Shown here in pieces: positions 15,907 to 20,000 of a DNA stretch of 20,000 nucleotides (its first letter is position 1; each line of letters starts with the position of its first letter). The stretch lies in the IMG/VR virus record IMGVR_UViG_3300009376_000006; one strand, written 5' to 3'. The notes under the pieces were generated by a model. That model was not told the origin of the DNA, made no database searches, and was given only the letters and a program-made list of their open reading frames with translations. This stretch comes from an uncultured virus (IMG/VR IMGVR_UViG_3300009376_000006). Its lineage: Duplodnaviria; Heunggongvirae; Uroviricota; Caudoviricetes. A program made the translations under genes and the position numbers.

Positions 15907-16389
15907 TCAGTCCCGCACGGCCCCCCAGTTGGTGAGGATGTGGGCGAGGGCCTCGCCCACGGCGACCCGGAACGCCTCGCTGCCGAGGAGTCCGGTGACC
16001 TCCCCGACGACGGCCTCGTTGACGGCCTCGCTGACCTCGACGCTGACGATGTCACCGATGTCGTCACGGGTGACGAGGTCGTCAATGACGATGCTGTTGT
16101 TGGTGAACATCTCGTCGATGGCCTGTTCGACCTTGTGGTCGAACTTGTCATCCGTGACGAGTCCGTAGTCGGACGGGTCGAACGTGCCCTCGGTCAGGAG
16201 GTCGTAGTCCGACGGGTCGAACGTGCTCTCGGTGATCACGCCCTCGTTGCTGCACCAGTCGACCATCTGGTCGTTGAAGTCGACCTCGTCGTTGGTGCTG
16301 GTGGTGATGTACGGGGCCAGCGCCTCGGCCAGCGTCCGCAGCAGGTTGGTGACGGTGCCCATCTCCGTCTCGGGGCTGTTGGTCTCCAT
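15907..16389 (-). CDS. Acidic hypothetical protein with 13-aa tandem repeat TExTFDPSDYxLx, 160 aa
   Basis: GAGGAG SD; 39-bp internal duplication. Confidence 0.8.
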   Translation of the reverse strand: METNSPETEMGTVTNLLRTLAEALAPYITTSTNDEVDFNDQMVDWCSNEGVITESTFDPSDYDLLTEGTFDPSDYGLVTDDKFDHKVEQAIDEMFTNNSIVIDDLVTRDDIGDIVSVEVSEAVNEAVVGEVTGLLGSEAFRVAVGEALAHILTNWGAVRD

Positions 16390-16430
16390 GACTGTCTCCT
16401 CATGGATCAGTCCCCGGCGGGAGCCGGGGA

Positions 16431-16481
16431 TCGTCCCCTGCCCGGGCTCGCTCCGGGCGGCCAGCCGTGCTGGCTCAGGGG
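16431..16481 (-). ncRNA. tRNA-like intergenic element 5
   Basis: CCCCUG-A-GCCAGC(ACG)GCUGGC-CG-CCCGG[AGCGAGC]CCGGG-CAGGGG-ACGA, then hairpin UCCCCGGC/GCCGGGGA. Confidence 0.75.
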
Positions 16482-16493
16482 GTGTCGGGCTGG

Positions 16494-16856
16494 TCAGCCC
16501 TTGGCGGCGTCCACCCGGGCAGCAAGCCCGATGAGCGCCACGCCGATCTGGCGCAGGTGCTCAGGGCCGCCCCAGACCTGCATGTCCTCGGTCTGGCCGA
16601 GGGCTCCGATGCTGAGGCATCCGGTGTCCCGTCCGACCCACGTGTCGATCAGCAGGCACTCGTCGTAGTTCAGCCAGACGACGACCTGCGTGGAGTCCAT
16701 GCCCCGGGGGTCCACCATCGTGCGGACCTCGGTGTCGGTCACGGAGCCCTTGATCCCGATGTCGTGGACCTTCCAGTCGCCGCCGATGTCGGCGTCGGCC
16801 CACGGGCCGACCACGAGGGTCTTGGTGTCCGGGTCGGTGGTGTTGGTGTCGCTCAT
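16494..16856 (-). CDS. Hypothetical protein, 120 aa
   Basis: GAGGAGG SD; bounded by elements 6 and 5. Confidence 0.8.
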   Translation of the reverse strand: MSDTNTTDPDTKTLVVGPWADADIGGDWKVHDIGIKGSVTDTEVRTMVDPRGMDSTQVVVWLNYDECLLIDTWVGRDTGCLSIGALGQTEDMQVWGGPEHLRQIGVALIGLAARVDAAKG

Positions 16857-16896
16857 GGCGACCTCCTCTCTGTCGGCCCCCCGCTGGTGCGGAGGA

Positions 16897-16947
16897 TCGT
16901 CCCAGCCTCGGTCGTGAACCGGCGGCAGGCCGAGCCTGCGGGCTGGG
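16897..16947 (-). ncRNA. tRNA-like intergenic element 6
   Basis: CCCAGCC-C-GCAGGC(UCG)GCCUGC-CG-CCGG[UUCACGA]CCGA-GGCUGGG-ACGA, then hairpin UCCUCCGC/GCGGGGGG. Confidence 0.75.
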
Positions 16948-16955
16948 GGTCTGGG

Positions 16956-18470
16956 TCAGTAGGACGCCAGCACCGCCGAGGCGATGTCGTCGTCCGAGAG
17001 GAGGGAGTGGTCGCCCTCCCCGTCGATGGTCTGGCCGACCGCATCGGCCTTGGCCTCCAGAAGGGCCCAGACCCTCTCGGTGACCGTCTCGCCTCCCGTG
17101 GACATGGTCGGGAGGATGACGTGGGCGAGCACGTCCCTCGTCTGTCCGTGGCGCCACGCTCTGGCGATGGATTGCTGGAGCCCAGCCGGGGTGTACCCGA
17201 CCTCTGCGGCAACCACGTGACGGGCGGCCTGCATGTTGAGGCCGGTGCCCCCGGCCTGAGAGTTCGCCACCAGCACGAGGCACTCGTCCTCGGTCTGGAG
17301 CCGGTCCACCGACGCCTGCTTGGCCTCGGCGGTCATGCCCCCGACGACCTTCACGACGGCGGCCTCGCCAAGGCGCTCGCTCAGGGCCTCGTGGAGACCC
17401 TCGGCGGGCGCACGGTGCTCGGTGAAGACGATCACCTTCTCGGGAGGCTCGCCCTCCATCCGGGTCTCGGTCAGGCCGACCACGTAGTCGGTGGCCGAGG
17501 CCACGATGGACTCACCGGCCAGACCACGCATCGTCGTCAACTTGACGAGGGCCTCGGCCCGGGCCACCCCGGCGAGCCGCTGACGCCCGTAGCCACGGTG
17601 CTCAGCGAGGAACTGGATGAGGTCGGCCTCGGCGGCCCGGTAGAGCCGCTCGGTCTTGGCGTCCATGTCCAGCGCCACCGAGATGGTCGCTCGCTCGGGC
17701 AGGTCCTCCAGCACGTCGGCCGAGCGGAGCCTGACCATGCAGGCCGTCGGGGCCTTGGTCGTGAGCCGCTCGTGCAACTCGGGCAGGAGGTCCCAGTCGA
17801 TGCCACGACCGCCCCAGCGGTTGGTCACCGGGCAGTACCTGTTGAGCATGTTCTTGGGCCCGCCCCATTGGCCGATCCTCCCGAGGATCATCAAGAGGCT
17901 CACCAGTTCGGCGGGGTGGTTCAGGATCGGCGTGCCCGACATGAGGAGGCTCGGGGCCTCCTCGGGCAGCGAGGCGGCGATCTGGCGAACGCCGCTGCTA
18001 CGTCGGGACCTTCCGTTCTTGAGCCGGTGGGCCTCGTCCACGACGAGCGCCTGCACGTGGCCGGTCAGGTCGTCGGCCCACGCCGAGACCGTGGAGTCGC
18101 CGCAGACCAGCACGTCGGCCTCGGGGAGGTCCGTCGGAGTCAGGCCCGTCAGCAGCGCCACGGAGCGCTCGGGGAGGAACCGCCGCAGTTCCCGCAGGGT
18201 GTTCGTCCGCAGGTGCGGCGGCACGACCCAGAGCACGGGACGCAGGCCGTCCACGAGGGCCGCCTCGGTGACGGCGCACCCAGCGGCGGTCTTGCCGAGG
18301 CCCATCTCCCATCCGAGGATCGCCCGGCGGAAGTCCAGAGCCTGCTGGATGCCCGACCGCTGATGCGGCAGGAACGGCAGGGCGAGGTCGGGGCAGGCCA
18401 TGGGCCGCACCGGCTCGTCCGCCGGTCGGGGCTCCCGGTGAAGGGTGACCCCGTCGAAGATGTCGCTCAT
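16956..18470 (-). CDS. SNF2-family (SF2) helicase/ATPase, 504 aa
   Basis: EMGLGKT (motif I), VVDEAH (II), MSGTP (III), KVIVF (IV), GGTGLNMQAA (V), QQSIARAWRHGQ (VI); GAGGAGG SD before ATG 18470. Confidence 0.93.
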   Translation of the reverse strand: MSDIFDGVTLHREPRPADEPVRPMACPDLALPFLPHQRSGIQQALDFRRAILGWEMGLGKTAAGCAVTEAALVDGLRPVLWVVPPHLRTNTLRELRRFLPERSVALLTGLTPTDLPEADVLVCGDSTVSAWADDLTGHVQALVVDEAHRLKNGRSRRSSGVRQIAASLPEEAPSLLMSGTPILNHPAELVSLLMILGRIGQWGGPKNMLNRYCPVTNRWGGRGIDWDLLPELHERLTTKAPTACMVRLRSADVLEDLPERATISVALDMDAKTERLYRAAEADLIQFLAEHRGYGRQRLAGVARAEALVKLTTMRGLAGESIVASATDYVVGLTETRMEGEPPEKVIVFTEHRAPAEGLHEALSERLGEAAVVKVVGGMTAEAKQASVDRLQTEDECLVLVANSQAGGTGLNMQAARHVVAAEVGYTPAGLQQSIARAWRHGQTRDVLAHVILPTMSTGGETVTERVWALLEAKADAVGQTIDGEGDHSLLSDDDIASAVLASY

Positions 18471-18512
18471 GGCGACCTCCTCTCTCTGTCTGTCCTCGGC
18501 TGGTGCCGAGGA

Positions 18513-18562
18513 TCGTCCCTGCCCCGGTCGTGAGCCGGGGAGGCGGGCGGTCCCGCTCAGGG
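18513..18562 (-). ncRNA. tRNA-like intergenic element 7
   Basis: CCCUG-A-GCGGG(ACCG)CCCGC-CU-CCCCGG[CUCACGA]CCGGGG-CAGGG-ACGA, then hairpin UCCUCGGC/GCCGAGGA. Confidence 0.75.
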
Positions 18563-18571
18563 GGTGGTTGG

Positions 18572-18748
18572 TTAGATGGGGAAGTCGCCCACACAGGCAG
18601 CGAGGCTGTTCCAGAAGTTCTCGCACTTGGCGCACTCGCAGCCCGGCTCGTACTCCCACCGGCCCTTGTACGAGCGGTCGATGCGATCCCAAGCGAGGTG
18701 GTCGGCACGCCAGCCCTTGGTGGGCCGGATGTTGGTGGTGCTCTCCAC
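18572..18748 (-). CDS. Small Cys-motif protein (CECAKC), 58 aa
   Basis: GGAGGAGG SD 5 nt before GTG 18748. Confidence 0.7.
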   Translation of the reverse strand: MESTTNIRPTKGWRADHLAWDRIDRSYKGRWEYEPGCECAKCENFWNSLAACVGDFPI

Positions 18749-18789
18749 GAGAGCCTCCTCCCTGTCTGTGGCCGCCCCGGTGGCGACCA

Positions 18790-18839
18790 TCGTCCCCGCC
18801 GAGGTCGTGAGCCTCGGAGGCCAGCGGGCTGGCTCGGGG
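18790..18839 (-). ncRNA. tRNA-like intergenic element 8
   Basis: CCCCG-A-GCCAGC(CC)GCUGGC-CU-CCGAGG[CUCACGA]CCUCGG-CGGGG-ACGA, then hairpin UGGUCGCC/GGCGGCCA. Confidence 0.75.
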
Positions 18840-18847
18840 GGTGTGGG

Positions 18848-19198
18848 TCAGACGGCGTCGTACTCCTCGGGCCGCAGCGCCCGGAGGATGCTGTCGGCCA
18901 GCGCCCGGGCCTGCTCGGGCGAGCAGTAGACGGTGATGTCGTAGTCGTCGCCCAAGTTGAGCGTGACGAACTCCCGGTGCTTGCCCGGGGACGCCGGGAA
19001 GCGCTGCGCATCGAGGTCGGCGTCCGAGGCCGGGTGGATGTACACGGCCCCGAACGGGCCCCGGAGGGCGTTCTCGGACCAGTCCACGACGGCCACGTTG
19101 GAGTGGTCGGGGAACTGGAGGGTCCGATTCCGGCAGCCGAGGGCGTTCCGCCGTCGGTCGGTGACCGTGAACGTGGTCGGGGTGGTGGTGGTGGTCAT
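18848..19198 (-). CDS. Hypothetical protein, first gene of the leftward operon, 116 aa
   Basis: GAGGAGG SD 5 nt before ATG; MTTTTT start. Confidence 0.8.
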   Translation of the reverse strand: MTTTTTPTTFTVTDRRRNALGCRNRTLQFPDHSNVAVVDWSENALRGPFGAVYIHPASDADLDAQRFPASPGKHREFVTLNLGDDYDITVYCSPEQARALADSILRALRPEEYDAV

Positions 19199-19215
19199 GG
19201 TGACCTCCTCTGTTT

Positions 19216-19310
19216 GTGCTCTGTCATCTTCAGGCCCGGGGAGAGCACGTGCCCCCGGGCGACGCCGACCGTGGTGCCCGGAAAGAACGGGCGGGTCGGC
19301 GTTTCGACAG
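19216..19310 (-). ncRNA. Type II hammerhead ribozyme with loop-I pseudoknot
   Basis: CUGUC-GAAA-CGCCGACC..GGUCGGCG-UC^-GCCCGGGG..CCCCGGGC-CUGAAGA-U-GACAG-AGCAC. All core nucleotides and three stems are present; cleavage predicted between 19261 and 19260. Confidence 0.9.
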
Positions 19311-19669
19311 TGTCGGTGTCCCCTCCCGGTTGCCAGCCGGGCGCAGAGTCCGAGGTTCGCACGTCCGGGTGAGCCTTACCGGAGAGTTTGCAGTCTGTGC
19401 GTCAGACCTCGCCCTGCCCGACGGTGCCGGGCTACCGAGGAGGAGGGGCTGACCCGCTGGGCGGTGCGCTCAACCTCGGAGGACTCGGGGGGCCCGGTGG
19501 GCTGGTCCCCTGCGGGAGGCTGGTCCCTGCCTCCTCTGCTCGCCGCCCGGGGGAGCCGGTCCGGTCTCGGAGGGCTCGCCACCCTCGTCGGCCTCGCCAG
19601 CCCCGCTGGGGGCTCGCCGTCCCGGCGGCTATGGGGCCGGGCCGGTCCCCCCGGAGGGGGACGCCCCCG

Positions 19670-19699
19670 ATCCTATGCCGGGCGAGTGGTCAGGCGCAA
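19670..19699 (-). promoter_or_regulatory. SigA-type promoter TTGCGC-N18-TAGGAT of the leftward operon
   Basis: -35 at 19699-19694, -10 at 19675-19670; same -35 hexamer as the promoters at 7143 and 9382. Confidence 0.65.
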
Positions 19700-19767
19700 C
19701 TCGGGCCTGACAGGGCTCAGGCTCTCGGAGCCCCCGGGGGCCTCGGGGAGGGGGGCCTCGGGGGGCC

Positions 19768-19885
19768 GATCCTCTCAGACCGCCGTACAGCCCCTCTGGC
19801 GGCCTCCGAGGGTCGCTGGGCTACCCCAACCCATTGGAGGGTCTTGGAGGCCCTCAGACGCTCTGTGCGGCTCTCTGAGAGGATT
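19768..19885. repeat. ~118-bp imperfect palindrome, copy C
   Basis: Terminal IR ATCCTCTCAGA / TCTGAGAGGAT; shares CTCTGGCGGCCTCCG and TGGAGGCCnTCAGACG..TCTGAGAGGATTC with copy A. Confidence 0.7.
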
Positions 19886-20000
19886 CCGATCTCTCACCCC
19901 TACGTGCGGTTCAGGGCCCCCCGGGAGGTCGGGGGCCGCCCGGCCCGGCCCAGACCGTGAGGCTCCAGACCAGTGAGGGGGGAGAGAGGGAGGAGGGGGG

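Noticed and set aside
16467..18533. 688-aa plus-strand ORF (also 13184..14215, 14964..15881, 15847..16668)
   Set aside because: Antisense shadows of the helicase and other minus-strand genes, which have clear motifs and SDs.
13331..18847. Elements as intrinsic terminators or classical integron attC sites
   Set aside because: They lack U-tracts on the sense strand and lack RYYYAAC/GTTRRRY ends. They form a three-way junction with constant stack length rather than one hairpin.
19340..19450. Twister or HDV-like ribozyme
   Set aside because: I could not place the conserved nucleotides and double pseudoknots by eye; kept only as an unclassified structured RNA.
18957..19976. 339-aa and 190-aa plus-strand ORFs over the leader
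   Set aside because: Low-complexity Arg/Gly/Pro translations overlapping the ribozyme, promoter and palindrome.

Overview
This is a GC-rich phage genome segment, most likely from a virus of Actinobacteria (WhiB gene, actinobacterial-type LexA boxes, leaderless promoters). Bases 1-12204 are rightward genes: conserved hypotheticals, a HAD-like protein, WhiB, a lysozyme/SLT-like lipoprotein, DUF932 and many small Zn-finger proteins. A convergent non-coding gap (12205-12947) holds two terminators, four tandem LexA/SOS boxes and two ~118-bp palindromes. A leftward 12-gene operon (19198->12948; SNF2 helicase, DUF6011 protein, small proteins) follows. Three RNA-level signals stand out. (1) Eight covarying tRNA-like elements (acceptor-like stem, hairpin, T-like arm, ACGA) sit in the intergenic gaps of the leftward operon, each followed by a hairpin and RBS. 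(2) A complete type II hammerhead ribozyme with a pseudoknot lies 62 nt upstream of that operon's first gene. (3) An 83-nt tmRNA tRNA-like domain with no mRNA-like domain is embedded in frame in the lysozyme-like gene. Items 1 and 2 suggest an RNA-punctuated operon cut into separately protected mRNAs. All folds and family calls were made by eye, with no searches run.
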